DNA from: Candidatus Omnitrophota bacterium
GTDB lineage: Bacteria > Omnitrophota > Gorgyraeia > Pluralincolimonadales > Pluralincolimonadaceae
Assembly: GCA_030695925.1 (NCBI GenBank)
Contig: JAUYOH010000139.1
Coordinates: forward strand, 15,142 to 79,141
Direction of reading: 5' to 3'
DNA: 64,000 nucleotides
Within the stretch, counting starts at the first letter, position 1; each line of letters opens with the position of its first letter. The notes below the pieces were generated by a model, which saw only the letters and a list, made by a program, of their open reading frames with translations, had not been told where the DNA came from and did no database searches. This document shows positions 1-9,399 of the stretch, one piece after another. Both the position numbers and the translations under genes were made by a program.

Positions 1-663
1 GCCGGCGTGATCGGGAAATTACCGGTCGCGATATTCAGCCTTGAGATGTCGAAGGAGCAGTTAGCGCAGAGGCTGCTTTGTTCTCACGCGAGGGTAGACG
101 GGAATAAAGTAAGGACGGGTTTCCTCTCGCAGTCTGACTGGCCGCATCTGGTAAATGCCGCCGGGAAATTCTCGGATGCGCCGATATTTATAGATGACTC
201 TTCTGCATTGTCGGTCCTGGAATTAAGAGGAAAGGCAAGACGTCTCAAATCCCAGCATGACATCAAACTTATAATAGTGGATTATATGCAGTTACTACAG
301 AGTTCCTCCCGCAGTGAGGGTAGACAGCAGGAGATAGCCGATATCTCGCGTTCTTTGAAGTTCCTGGCGAAGGAATTGGCCGTCCCTGTAATAGCGATAA
401 GCCAGCTCTCGAGGAAGCCGGAGGGAAGGGATGACAGGCGGCCTCAGTTGGCGGATCTAAGGGAATCGGGAGCCATCGAGCAGGACGCGGACGTTGTCTT
501 ACTTATCTTCCGCGAGGAGGCATATGCCCCTACGGAAGAGAACAAGGGCATTGCGGAAGTGATGATAGCCAAGCAGAGGAACGGCCCTACCGGCCTGGTA
601 AAACTAGCTTTCTTAAGTCAGTTTACAAGATTTGATAACTTATCCGAACGTCAAGAGGGGTAA
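1..663 (+). CDS. dnaB: Replicative DNA helicase DnaB, C-terminal part (5' end upstream of window)
   Basis: Frame open from base 1 ([17 protein letters not shown]...). DnaB RecA-like C-domain motifs present: [45 protein letters not shown]. Confidence 0.9.
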   Translation, partial: AGVIGKLPVAIFSLEMSKEQLAQRLLCSHARVDGNKVRTGFLSQSDWPHLVNAAGKFSDAPIFIDDSSALSVLELRGKARRLKSQHDIKLIIVDYMQLLQSSSRSEGRQQEIADISRSLKFLAKELAVPVIAISQLSRKPEGRDDRRPQLADLRESGAIEQDADVVLLIFREEAYAPTEENKGIAEVMIAKQRNGPTGLVKLAFLSQFTRFDNLSERQEG

Positions 664-721
664 CAATTTTCTTTACATTATTTTTGCCATATGTTAAATT
701 GAGCGCTTAATAAGGAGTTTT

Positions 722-3043
722 ATGAAAATCTTCCTAAAAAAGTTATTTCTTGTGTCTCTCTTTGTCCTGTCATTTTTTAACCTCGCCTTTACGCAAGAGA
801 CGACCGAAACGGCCGCCCCATTAAAGGAAAAGCCGGTAAAGTCCGTATTCGTCCTGGGGAATAAGACGGTCTCATCCTCCGCCATACTGGCAAAGGTCAA
901 GACGCAGGTCGGCGAGCCGTATAAGAAAGGCACCGTTGACGAAGACATCAAGCGCATTTACGGCTTAGGGTATTTTTCAGACGCAAAAGCCGAGGTCAAG
1001 GAATACGAGGACGGGATAGAGGTATCCTTTATAGTGACGGAAAAACCGCCGATAGGCCAGATACTCTTTGCCGGAAATAAGGTTATAAGGGACGAAAGGC
1101 TTAAGAAAGAGCTGAAGATAAAACAGGACGAGATATTGGACGAGAGACAGCTTAAGGACGGCATAAAGTCCATAAGGGAACTCTATTACCAGAAGGGCTT
1201 TACGCACGCGAAGATAGATTACTCCATAAGGTTAGACCCCGCTACCGACAAAGCCGTTGTCACTATAATGATAGACGAAGGCAAGAGGGTTAAGATAAGA
1301 AGTATAACCTTTGAGGGGAACAAGGCCTTCAAGTCCGACAGGTTACTTAAACTTATGGCGACAAAGAAGGCGTGGTGGTTCTTCCAGTCGGGCATATTTA
1401 ATGAGGATGCCCTTGAGGGAGATCAGGATAAGATAAAGGCTTTTTATGAGTCCCAGGGTTATCTGGACATCAAGCTGGAGCCGGAGCTTAAATACGACGA
1501 CGCGGGGAAATATCTCTGGATAAATATAAAAGTCGATGAAGGCAAGAGATATTATGTCGGGATGGTCACCTTATCCGGCAATGCCGTCATCTCCGAGAAG
1601 GACTTAAGGAAGTCCCTGAAGATGGTCTCGGGAAAGCCGTTTTCCCAGGAAGGATTGCGTAGTGACGCCGACGCGGTTCAGGGGTTGTATTTTGAGAAAG
1701 GATACATATACGCTACAGTAAAACCGGAATCATCCTTAAACTCCTCGACAGGGAATATAGACGTCAGTTATGGCATCGTGGAGAACGAATTGACCTACGT
1801 CGAGAGGATCGAGATAAAAGGCAATATAAGGACTAAGGATAAAGTAATAAGAAGAGAGATAAGGTTGCGGCCGGGCGAGGTCTTTAACGGCAAGAAGCTC
1901 CAGCGCTCAAAAGAGAGGCTGTATAATCTCGGTTATTTTGAAGACATATCTTTCGATACGGAAAAGGGCTCGGCTCCCAATAAGGCTAATCTGATAGTCG
2001 ATGTCAAGGAGACCAAGACAGGCGAATTTTCATTCGGCGGCGGTTTCTCGACCGTTGACAAACTGGTCGGATTTGTTCAAGTGACACAGCGCAATTTCGA
2101 TATCATGAATTTTCCGACTTTTACCGGCGGCGGCCAGCAATTAGTGCTAAGGGCGGAATTGGGAACGACAAGAAGGGATTATCTCTTGAGTTTTACCGAA
2201 CCGTGGATATTCGGTTATCCCTATCTGTTCGGATTTGACCTGTATCAGAACACTCGCCTGCAGAATAAGAGCGTAGGTTACGGTTATGACGAGCGCAGGC
2301 GTGGCGGAGCCTTAAGGTTCGGCAAGGAATTTGACGACTATGACAGGGCCGATCTGACGTATCGCCTGGAAGAGGTCAGGATCTCCGACGTCGATGACGC
2401 GGCGACCAATGATTTAAAGAAGGAAGCCGGCATTAATAATATCTCGAGTCTGATGCTGGGATTGACGAGAGACACGACGGACTCTGCTTACAGCCCCACC
2501 AAGGGTTATAAATTATTCGGTTCGGTAGAGGGCGCCGGCGGGCCATTCCAGGGGGACAAAGATTTTATAAAATGGTACGGGTTTTCCGCTCTTTATATAC
2601 CGCCTATTGAGAAGCACGTCATAGAGCTGAGTTTGCGCGCGGGCGCGGTGGGCGCCTACGGAGATTCCGACAGCGTTCCCATATATGAGAGATTCTTTGC
2701 TGGCGGGGCAGATTCGATCCGCGGTTTTAAGGAAAGATCCATAGGACCGAGGGACCCCTCCACAAACGACCCATTAGGTGGCGAGGCGATGCTTGTAGGC
2801 AGCGCGGAATACACATTTCCCGTATTTGAGTTCTTAAAAGGGGCGGTATTCTTTGATGCGGGCAACGTCTGGGAAAAAGAGGGCGACCTCGGCCAAGGCG
2901 GGTATAAATACAGTACGGGAGCTGGTGTCAGAGTCAAGACTCCCGTGGGGCCCGTCAAGCTGGATTACGGTTATCCCTTAAAAGTCGACAGTTGGCAGAA
3001 GAAAAAAGGCAGAATACATTTCAGTTTAAGCAGGGCTTTTTAA
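722..3043 (+). CDS. bamA: Outer membrane protein assembly factor BamA (Omp85 family)
   Basis: 773 aa with an N-terminal signal peptide. Repeated POTRA-like units (VKSVFVLGNKTVS..., IRSITFEGNKAF..., VERIEIKGNIRTKDKVIRREI). C-terminal barrel ends in ...HFSLSRAF. AAGGAG RBS; followed by skp-lpxD. Confidence 0.9.
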   Translation: MKIFLKKLFLVSLFVLSFFNLAFTQETTETAAPLKEKPVKSVFVLGNKTVSSSAILAKVKTQVGEPYKKGTVDEDIKRIYGLGYFSDAKAEVKEYEDGIEVSFIVTEKPPIGQILFAGNKVIRDERLKKELKIKQDEILDERQLKDGIKSIRELYYQKGFTHAKIDYSIRLDPATDKAVVTIMIDEGKRVKIRSITFEGNKAFKSDRLLKLMATKKAWWFFQSGIFNEDALEGDQDKIKAFYESQGYLDIKLEPELKYDDAGKYLWINIKVDEGKRYYVGMVTLSGNAVISEKDLRKSLKMVSGKPFSQEGLRSDADAVQGLYFEKGYIYATVKPESSLNSSTGNIDVSYGIVENELTYVERIEIKGNIRTKDKVIRREIRLRPGEVFNGKKLQRSKERLYNLGYFEDISFDTEKGSAPNKANLIVDVKETKTGEFSFGGGFSTVDKLVGFVQVTQRNFDIMNFPTFTGGGQQLVLRAELGTTRRDYLLSFTEPWIFGYPYLFGFDLYQNTRLQNKSVGYGYDERRRGGALRFGKEFDDYDRADLTYRLEEVRISDVDDAATNDLKKEAGINNISSLMLGLTRDTTDSAYSPTKGYKLFGSVEGAGGPFQGDKDFIKWYGFSALYIPPIEKHVIELSLRAGAVGAYGDSDSVPIYERFFAGGADSIRGFKERSIGPRDPSTNDPLGGEAMLVGSAEYTFPVFEFLKGAVFFDAGNVWEKEGDLGQGGYKYSTGAGVRVKTPVGPVKLDYGYPLKVDSWQKKKGRIHFSLSRAF

Positions 3044-3062
3044 AAGGAAAGGAGAAACACAG

Positions 3063-3590
3063 ATGAGATCCGCAATTTCAAGGGTTGTAGCGATATTATT
3101 CTTGGTCTCCGTATCTTTAGGTGCGGTCAACTTGGCTTTTGCGGCCGGCGAGAAGATCGCCTATATGGATTTAGCCAAGATATTCGACGAGTATAACAAG
3201 ACGAAAGATCTCGATAAGCAGCTTGAGAACAAGGGAACCGCAAAACAGGCCGAGAGAGATAAATTGGTAGCGGAGATCAAAAAATTAAAAGACGAATTGG
3301 AATTGATGGGCGATAAAGGCAAAGAGGCCAAGCAGGCGGCGATAGACGAAAAGATCAAGAAATTGCAGGACTTTGACAGGGAATCCAGGGATGCCTTAAG
3401 AAAAGAACGGGATGATATGGCCCGTCAGATCTTAAAAGAGATAAAAGATACTATCGATGAAGTAGGCAAGAAAGAAGGGTATTTCCTGATCCTTGACAGC
3501 CGCGCTATCTTATACGGCAAGGAAAGCGACGACCTGACTAACGGCATATTGAAGATGTTAAACGATAAATACGCTAAAGGAAAAAAATAG
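3063..3590 (+). CDS. skp: OmpH/Skp-family periplasmic chaperone
   Basis: 175 aa with a signal peptide (...VNLAFAAG) and a Lys/Glu-rich coiled-coil body. Canonical position between bamA and lpxD. Confidence 0.75.
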   Translation: MRSAISRVVAILFLVSVSLGAVNLAFAAGEKIAYMDLAKIFDEYNKTKDLDKQLENKGTAKQAERDKLVAEIKKLKDELELMGDKGKEAKQAAIDEKIKKLQDFDRESRDALRKERDDMARQILKEIKDTIDEVGKKEGYFLILDSRAILYGKESDDLTNGILKMLNDKYAKGKK

Positions 3591-3593
3591 AAA

Positions 3594-4625
3594 GTGTCGG
3601 AATCAGCAGGAGCAATACGCAAGACCTTAAAGGAGATCGCGCGATTAATTGACGGCGAGGTGTTAGGCGATGAAGACGCCGTCATAACCGGAATCAGCGG
3701 CATAAAAGAAGCGGAAGACGGGGACCTCACTTTTCTTGCGAATCCGAAATACATTCATCTTATGGATACCACAAGGGCCGCCGCCGTAATAACGTCGCGC
3801 GAGATAACCAAAGCCCCTAAGCCGATAATACGCACGGATAACCCTTCCCTGGCCTTTGCCAAGATAATCTCTTTATTGATGACGGACGAACAGCAATACC
3901 CTTCTGGTATCCACCCTGCCGCTGTGGTCGGTAAGAACGTGAAATTAGGCCGCGACATAGCGCTGCAGCCGTACGTCGTCTTGGATGACGGGGTTGAGAT
4001 AGGCGACAGGACGATAATATATGCCGGGACATATATCGGCCACCACACCAAGATAGGCAGCGATTGCCTCATCTATCCTAATGTGGTCATCCGGGAGAAG
4101 ATCGAGGTAGGCAACAGGGTCGTCATCCATTCGGGTACCGTTATAGGAAGCGACGGGTTCGGTTTCGCTACCGTAAAATGCGTCCACCATAAGATCCCGC
4201 AGATCGGCACCGTTGTTATCGAGGATGACGTCGAGATAGGCGCAAATGTCACGATAGACAGGGCGCGTTTCGGAAGGACATTGATAAGAAGGGGAACGAA
4301 GATCGATAATTTAGTCCAGATCGCGCATAATGTGGAGGTAGGAGAGAACTCCATAATCATAGCCCAAGCAGGAATATCGGGTTCTACGGTGATAGGAAAG
4401 AACGTGACGATAGCAGGCCAAGCCGGCCTAGTCGGGCACATAACTATAGGCGATAACGCGGTCTTGGCGGCTCAGGCAGGCGTTACGAAGTCTGTTCCGC
4501 CCGATACTTGTGTCTCGGGTTATCCCGCAAAACCTCATGAGCAGGCAAAACGGATAAACGCGTTCATCCAGAGGCTACCGGAACTTTTTGAGGCGGTAAA
4601 AAAACTCGGAGAAAAGACAAAGTAA
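3594..4625 (+). CDS. lpxD: UDP-3-O-acylglucosamine N-acyltransferase
   Basis: 343 aa, GTG start. Long run of left-handed beta-helix hexapeptide repeats ([31 protein letters not shown]...). LpxD-type N-domain ([15 protein letters not shown]). Confidence 0.85.
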   Translation: MSESAGAIRKTLKEIARLIDGEVLGDEDAVITGISGIKEAEDGDLTFLANPKYIHLMDTTRAAAVITSREITKAPKPIIRTDNPSLAFAKIISLLMTDEQQYPSGIHPAAVVGKNVKLGRDIALQPYVVLDDGVEIGDRTIIYAGTYIGHHTKIGSDCLIYPNVVIREKIEVGNRVVIHSGTVIGSDGFGFATVKCVHHKIPQIGTVVIEDDVEIGANVTIDRARFGRTLIRRGTKIDNLVQIAHNVEVGENSIIIAQAGISGSTVIGKNVTIAGQAGLVGHITIGDNAVLAAQAGVTKSVPPDTCVSGYPAKPHEQAKRINAFIQRLPELFEAVKKLGEKTK

Positions 4626-4628
4626 GTT

Positions 4629-5960
4629 ATGGAACTACAGCGGACGATAAAAAAAGAAGTCGAGCTAGAGGGCGTAGGCCTTCATACGGGAGAGAGAGTT
4701 AAGATACGGCTGTTTCCGTCATCGCCGGATTCCGGGATAAATTTTATCCGGACGGATTTACCTAACGCGCCGGTGGTTAAGGCGAATATAGCCAATGTGA
4801 TGGAGCCAAGCCGGAGGCCGCGCAGGACCTCCTTGGGTTGCGACGGCATAGAGATCCATACTATCGAGCACCTTATGGCGGCTTTATGCGGTTTGATGAT
4901 AGATAACTTAAAGGTGGAGATTAACGGCTCTGAAATTCCCGGCCTGGACGGCTCGGCACTGCCTTTTGTGGAATTGATACATAAAGCCGGTATAGAAGAG
5001 CAGCAAGCGCCGAAGAAGTCTTTTCAGGTAAAAGACCCGATATGGCTGGAGGAGGACGACACTGTTTTGGCCATATTGCCCGCTTCGGAGCTCAGGGTGT
5101 CCTATACGTTAAGTTATGATCATCCGTTGCTCAAATCCCAGTACGTATCGGTCGTGGTCACGCCCGAGACATTCGAAACCCAGATAGCTCCGTCGAGAAC
5201 TTTTTGTCTTGAGAGGGAGGCGGAAGAACTAAGAAAACAAGGTCTGGGCAAGGGGGCGAATTGGGAGAATACACTTGTTGTGGGCAAAGACGGAGTCATA
5301 AAGAATAAGTTGAGATTTGATGACGAGTTCGCGCGCCATAAGGTCTCGGACCTGCTCGGTGACTTATATCTTTTGGGTATACCCATAAAGGGCCATGTTA
5401 TAGCGGTGAAATCAGGCCATTCTTTAAATATAAGGCTCTTGCAGAGGATAAGGCAGCAGCAGGAACGCATGCGCGCCGGCGCCATTGAATCCAGGGGGCC
5501 GGGGATAGTCGGCACGCCGCTGGATGTCAACGATATCAAGAAGATACTGCCCCACCGCTATCCGTTTCTTTTTGTGGATAGGGTCATAGAACTGGAGGAC
5601 GATAAACGCGCCGTCGGGACTAAAAATGTCACGATAAACGAGTTCTTCTTCCCGGGCCATTTTCCGAACAGGCCTATTATGCCGGGCGTCTTGATAATGG
5701 AAGCCTTGGCGCAGGTCGCCGGGATCATGATGCTGAACAAACGCGAGAATCTCGGGAAATACGCTTTCTTCATGTCGATGGACAAGGTGAAATTCAGGAA
5801 AGCGGTTGTCCCCGGAGACCAGCTTGTCCTGGAGACAGAGGTCATGAAATTAAGGTCCAAGACCGTCCAGATCAAGGCCCTTGCTACTGTTGACGGAAAG
5901 GTCGTGGCCGAGGGAGAACTTATGTTTGCCCTGGTCGGCGGAGAAGAGGCCGCAGAATAG
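4629..5960 (+). CDS. lpxC-fabZ: Bifunctional UDP-3-O-acyl-GlcNAc deacetylase / 3-hydroxyacyl-ACP dehydratase (LpxC-FabZ fusion)
   Basis: 443 aa. N-half has LpxC motifs (GVGLHTGERV, HTIEHLMAAL, RHKVSDLLGDLYLLG). C-half has FabZ hot-dog motifs (ILPHRYPFLFVDRV, FFPGHFPNRPIMPGVLIMEALAQ). Confidence 0.85.
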   Translation: MELQRTIKKEVELEGVGLHTGERVKIRLFPSSPDSGINFIRTDLPNAPVVKANIANVMEPSRRPRRTSLGCDGIEIHTIEHLMAALCGLMIDNLKVEINGSEIPGLDGSALPFVELIHKAGIEEQQAPKKSFQVKDPIWLEEDDTVLAILPASELRVSYTLSYDHPLLKSQYVSVVVTPETFETQIAPSRTFCLEREAEELRKQGLGKGANWENTLVVGKDGVIKNKLRFDDEFARHKVSDLLGDLYLLGIPIKGHVIAVKSGHSLNIRLLQRIRQQQERMRAGAIESRGPGIVGTPLDVNDIKKILPHRYPFLFVDRVIELEDDKRAVGTKNVTINEFFFPGHFPNRPIMPGVLIMEALAQVAGIMMLNKRENLGKYAFFMSMDKVKFRKAVVPGDQLVLETEVMKLRSKTVQIKALATVDGKVVAEGELMFALVGGEEAAE

Positions 5961-5973
5961 GTCTTTTGATAAG

Positions 5974-6744
5974 ATGAAGATCCACCCCACAGCTATCGTA
6001 GATAAAAAAGCGCGGTTGGCCGACGATGTTGAAGTCGGCCCTTATTCTTTTATCGGCCCCAACGTGAATATCGCAAGTAAGACCACGATCGGAGCGCACG
6101 CCGTTATAGACGGATACACGACTATAGGCAAGAATAACCGGATCTTCACGGGCGCTGTAATCGGCTCCATAACGCAGGATTTGAAATACAAGGGAGAGAA
6201 GAGCTACATCACTATCGGTGATAACAACATCATACGCGAATACGTTACCGTCAATATGGGGACGGCAAAAGACTCCGCCACCGTAATCGGAAATAACATC
6301 TTATTGATGGCATATTCGCACGTGGCGCACGACTGTATCATCAAGGACGGCGCGATCATAGCCAATTGCGGTACTTTTGCCGGGTATGTCACGATAGAGG
6401 AGAAGGCCGTTATCGGCGGCCTGACAGGCATACATCAATTCGTCCGCATAGGAAAACTCGCCATAATAGGCGGCTGCTCAAAGGTCGTCCAGGACGTAGC
6501 GCCGTACTCAAACTGCGACGGCCATCCGTTAAAAATTTACGGTTTGAACACTATCGGCCTCGAGAGAGCCGGCGTCCCTCAGGAATCGAGAGCACTCCTT
6601 AAGAAGGCCTTCAAGATTTTATTTAACTCAGGACTTACGGTATCCAACGCTTTAAAGAAGATAAAATCGGATGTTTCGCCTTGCCCGGAGGTAAATTATC
6701 TGATAGGATTTGTGAGCAAGTCGGAACGGGGCATATCAAGATAA
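5974..6744 (+). CDS. lpxA: Acyl-ACP--UDP-GlcNAc O-acyltransferase
   Basis: Start moved to the ATG at 5974 (MKIHPTAIVDKKA...). The track start at 5881 would overlap fabZ by 80 nt. Hexapeptide repeats plus an LpxA-type C-terminal helical domain (GLNTIGLERAG). Confidence 0.85.
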   Translation: MKIHPTAIVDKKARLADDVEVGPYSFIGPNVNIASKTTIGAHAVIDGYTTIGKNNRIFTGAVIGSITQDLKYKGEKSYITIGDNNIIREYVTVNMGTAKDSATVIGNNILLMAYSHVAHDCIIKDGAIIANCGTFAGYVTIEEKAVIGGLTGIHQFVRIGKLAIIGGCSKVVQDVAPYSNCDGHPLKIYGLNTIGLERAGVPQESRALLKKAFKILFNSGLTVSNALKKIKSDVSPCPEVNYLIGFVSKSERGISR

Positions 6745-6748
6745 AAGT

Positions 6749-7558
6749 ATGGACAGAATAGGTCTCATCGCCGGAAAGAGCGAATACCCCCTCTTATTCG
6801 CCAAGGCCGCGAGGGCCAAGGGCCTTAAGATCGTCGCCGTAGGCATAGAGGGCGAAACGAAGCCCGAATTACAAACCCTCGTCGACAGATTTTTCTGGGT
6901 AAATCTCGGCGAGCTCTCCAAGGTTCTCGAGATATTTAAATCCGAAGGCATAGAAAAGGCCGTGATGGCCGGCGGCATAACCAAATCCCGCATATTCAAT
7001 GAAGCGTTAAAGATCGACGGACTGATGAAATCGATCCTCGTCAGGGCGCTGGATAAAAAAGATGATACGCTACTTTCGATGATCACCGCGACATTGAAAT
7101 CCGCCGGCGTTGAACTTCTTGATTCGACATTATTTCTCGAGGACCTTTTGCCCAAAGAGGGCCTCTTGACAAAATCGCGGCCCTCGAAAGAACAGGAAGA
7201 AGATGTAAAATTCGGCGCGAAGATTGCCAGGGAGGTTGCCGGCCTCGATATCGGACTTTCGATATTCGTCAAAGATAGAGCTGTCATCGCGGTTGAGGAT
7301 ATCGAAGGGACTGACGCCATGATAAGACGCGGCGGACGGCTTGCCGGGCCCGGCGGCGTTGTGATAAAAGCGGCCCGCCCAAAGCAAAATATGAGGTTCG
7401 ATATACCGGTCATCGGGCCCCAGACGATACGGTCAATGACCGAGGTAAAAGCTGCCTGTATCGCTATAGAGGCCAAGAAGACGCTGATAATAGATAAGGA
7501 AGAGGCGATTGCGCTCGCAGACAATAACAGTATCTCTATAATAGCGGTAACGATATGA
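6749..7558 (+). CDS. lpxI: LpxI-like (DUF1009) UDP-2,3-diacylglucosamine hydrolase candidate
   Basis: 269 aa. N-terminal IGLIAGKSEYPLLFAKAARAKGLKIVAVG and C-terminal RFDIPVIGPQTIRSMTEVKAACIAIEAKKTLIID resemble LpxI. Lies directly after lpxA. Confidence 0.6.
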   Translation: MDRIGLIAGKSEYPLLFAKAARAKGLKIVAVGIEGETKPELQTLVDRFFWVNLGELSKVLEIFKSEGIEKAVMAGGITKSRIFNEALKIDGLMKSILVRALDKKDDTLLSMITATLKSAGVELLDSTLFLEDLLPKEGLLTKSRPSKEQEEDVKFGAKIAREVAGLDIGLSIFVKDRAVIAVEDIEGTDAMIRRGGRLAGPGGVVIKAARPKQNMRFDIPVIGPQTIRSMTEVKAACIAIEAKKTLIIDKEEAIALADNNSISIIAVTI

Positions 7559-8235
7559 GCGGTATACTTGTATTAGGCATAGAGGACGAAGGCCTTAAGT
7601 GTGCCAAAGAGGCGCTGAAAAACGCCGATTACCACGTCTATTCCTGTGACGAGACCGACGTAAAAGCGGCCTATGAGGAAGCTTTAAAGAGGCGCCCCGA
7701 TGTGATAGCCCTCGACTTCACCTCTCTGAAGGACTTCGAAGCTCAGGTAGTATTCCGTACATTCAGAAAGGACAGATTCCTTAAAGAGACACCGGTCTTC
7801 GCGATATTGCCGGAAGATAACATGCGGCTGCTCGATAGCCTGCCCGGCCTCGGAGATTTTATCGTTACTCCTTTTAACGGCGCCGAGTTCGTCGCGCGCG
7901 TCAAAGCCCTCCTTAAAAAAGTGATACCTACCGACTCTGACGACCTCATGAAGATAGGCGACCTCGTAATAGACGTCAACAGATATGAAGTATTATTGAA
8001 CGGCAGTAAAGTTGAGCTTACCTTCAAAGAATATGAACTCCTGAAATTTCTCGCCAGTAATAAAGGACGCGTCTATTCCCGCGACCAATTGCTCGACAAG
8101 ATCTGGGGATATGACTATTACGGCGGTACCCGCACGGTGGATGTCCATATCCGCCGCCTGCGCAGCAAGATAGAAGACCGGAAACACACCTTTATCGAGA
8201 CCCTCCGCAACATCGGCTACAAATTTATCGCGTAA
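7555..8235 (+). CDS. OmpR/PhoB-family response regulator with atypical receiver domain
   Basis: 226 aa, ATGA overlap with the lpxI-like gene. C-terminal winged helix present (LTFKEYELLKFLASNKGRVYSRDQLLDKIWG...TVDVHIRRLRSKIE). Receiver keeps the Asp (VIALDF) but lacks the conserved Thr/Ser and the Lys of KPF (here IVTPF). Confidence 0.8.
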   Translation: MSGILVLGIEDEGLKCAKEALKNADYHVYSCDETDVKAAYEEALKRRPDVIALDFTSLKDFEAQVVFRTFRKDRFLKETPVFAILPEDNMRLLDSLPGLGDFIVTPFNGAEFVARVKALLKKVIPTDSDDLMKIGDLVIDVNRYEVLLNGSKVELTFKEYELLKFLASNKGRVYSRDQLLDKIWGYDYYGGTRTVDVHIRRLRSKIEDRKHTFIETLRNIGYKFIA

Positions 8236-8258
8236 GATAGGTATACGCTGTCAACAAA

Positions 8259-8873
8259 CTAAATATCTACCGTTAACCTTTCTCCCACCTTCCCCACAAG
8301 TTCCTTACCGGGAGTTAAGGTCTTTTTCCCGGGTTGCCATTTTGCTGGACATACATTGGCGGGATTTTCACGGACATACTTAAAGGCCTTAAGTTTTCTT
8401 AAAAGCTCATCGGAGTTTCTGCCCACAGGAAAATAATTCACCTCGGAGGCGAGGAGTTTCCCGTCAGGATCGATAATGAATGTCCCCCTCAAGCTGAGGC
8501 CGGATTTCTCATCATAGACCCCAAAGGCCTTAGAAAGATTATGTGTCGGGTCTGCGGCCATGGGATATTTAATCTCAGAAAGCAATCTCTCCTGCTGCTG
8601 CCAGGCGTAATGTACGAAATGCGTGTCGGTGCTTACCGAGACTAACTCAACTCCGAGTTGTTTAATTTCAGAATATTTCTCTCCCGCGTCAGCTAATTCC
8701 GTCGGACAGACAAAGGTATAATCCGCGGGGTAGAAGAAAAGTATCAACCAGTTCCCTTTTTTAAAAATCTCAGAGAATTTTATCTTGCCGAAATCTTTCT
8801 TATCCGGAAAATAAACATCCGGTTCAAAATCGGGAACTTTTTCACCAATCTTCAAGACATTTAATTCTTCCAT
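8259..8873 (-). CDS. Peroxiredoxin (AhpC/Prx1-type 2-Cys)
   Basis: FVCPTE peroxidatic-Cys motif and a C-terminal VCPAKW resolving-Cys motif. Start placed at the ATG at 8873 (MEELNVLKIGEKVPDF), which has a GAAAGGTGG RBS. The track start at 8900 would overlap the upstream regulator. Confidence 0.85.
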   Translation of the reverse strand: MEELNVLKIGEKVPDFEPDVYFPDKKDFGKIKFSEIFKKGNWLILFFYPADYTFVCPTELADAGEKYSEIKQLGVELVSVSTDTHFVHYAWQQQERLLSEIKYPMAADPTHNLSKAFGVYDEKSGLSLRGTFIIDPDGKLLASEVNYFPVGRNSDELLRKLKAFKYVRENPANVCPAKWQPGKKTLTPGKELVGKVGERLTVDI

Positions 8874-8886
8874 TATCGCCACCTTT

Positions 8887-9303
8887 CTATTTATCCTCAT
8901 TCATATTTCTACTTTTGCATTCCCTGCAGTAACCATAAAAATCTATTCGATGGTAGTTAACTGCCATGCCACTTTTTTTACTTACCCTCATATCTAAATC
9001 CCTTAGCACCGGTTCATCCAGATCAAAGACCCTCTCGCATTTAAGGCAGAAAAAATGATAATGATTAGTAACCGTTCCATCGTAACGACAGCTGTGTTTC
9101 CCACAGGTTAATTCCAAAATCTCTCCCTGGTCTCTCAATAAGTTTAGATTGCGATATACTGTTCCAAAGCTAATATTAGGCAATTTCTTTCTTACTATCT
9201 TAAACAAGAGGTCCGCCCTGGGATGGGTCTTAAGTTTTTTTAACTCATCCAGAATTATTTTTCTTTGCGTACTCTTTCTTCTTAGAATCTTTTCTTTTAT
9301 CAT
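8887..9303 (-). CDS. Fur-family metalloregulator (PerR-like by context)
   Basis: 138 aa. wHTH N-domain (RKIILDELKK...HPRADLLFKIVRKKLPNISFGTVYRNL), an HYHFFC motif and two CxxC pairs (CLKC, CRECK). Sits immediately upstream of the peroxiredoxin. Confidence 0.7.
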   Translation of the reverse strand: MIKEKILRRKSTQRKIILDELKKLKTHPRADLLFKIVRKKLPNISFGTVYRNLNLLRDQGEILELTCGKHSCRYDGTVTNHYHFFCLKCERVFDLDEPVLRDLDMRVSKKSGMAVNYHRIDFYGYCRECKSRNMNEDK

Positions 9304-9331
9304 AATAGTAATAGTTCTTATTATTAGTAAT

Positions 9332-9359
9332 ATAATAGCAAGATATTAAATTTTGTCAA
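9332..9359 (-). promoter_or_regulatory. Candidate sigma-70 promoter of the perR-like/peroxiredoxin operon, with an adjacent palindrome
   Basis: Minus-strand reading is TTGACA (9359-9354), 16-nt spacer, TATTAT (9337-9332). The palindrome TATTA-G-TAATA at 9322-9332 abuts the -10, which is Fur/PerR-box-like. Confidence 0.4.
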
Positions 9360-9399
9360 GCAAAAAATTTATACTGCGGAAGCCAGAAAAATTAATCGA

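Noticed and set aside
693-700. GTTAAATT upstream of bamA, and GATTTTAAC...CGTGAAA at 28388-28412 upstream of nadE, as further copies of the nitrogen composite motif.
   Set aside because: Both are imperfect (7 of 8 matches, or an inserted base) and have the wrong spacing to the second element. They are too weak to count without a genome-wide background.
5881-5973. N-terminal extension of lpxA proposed by the ORF track.
   Set aside because: It would overlap the fabZ half by 80 nt in another frame. The ATG at 5974 gives the canonical LpxA N-terminus (MKIHPTAIV).
6736-7524. 262-aa minus-strand ORF.
   Set aside because: It is entirely antisense to the LpxI-like gene, has a low-complexity Ser/Ala/Pro-rich product and no RBS. 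This is a typical shadow ORF of a codon-biased gene.
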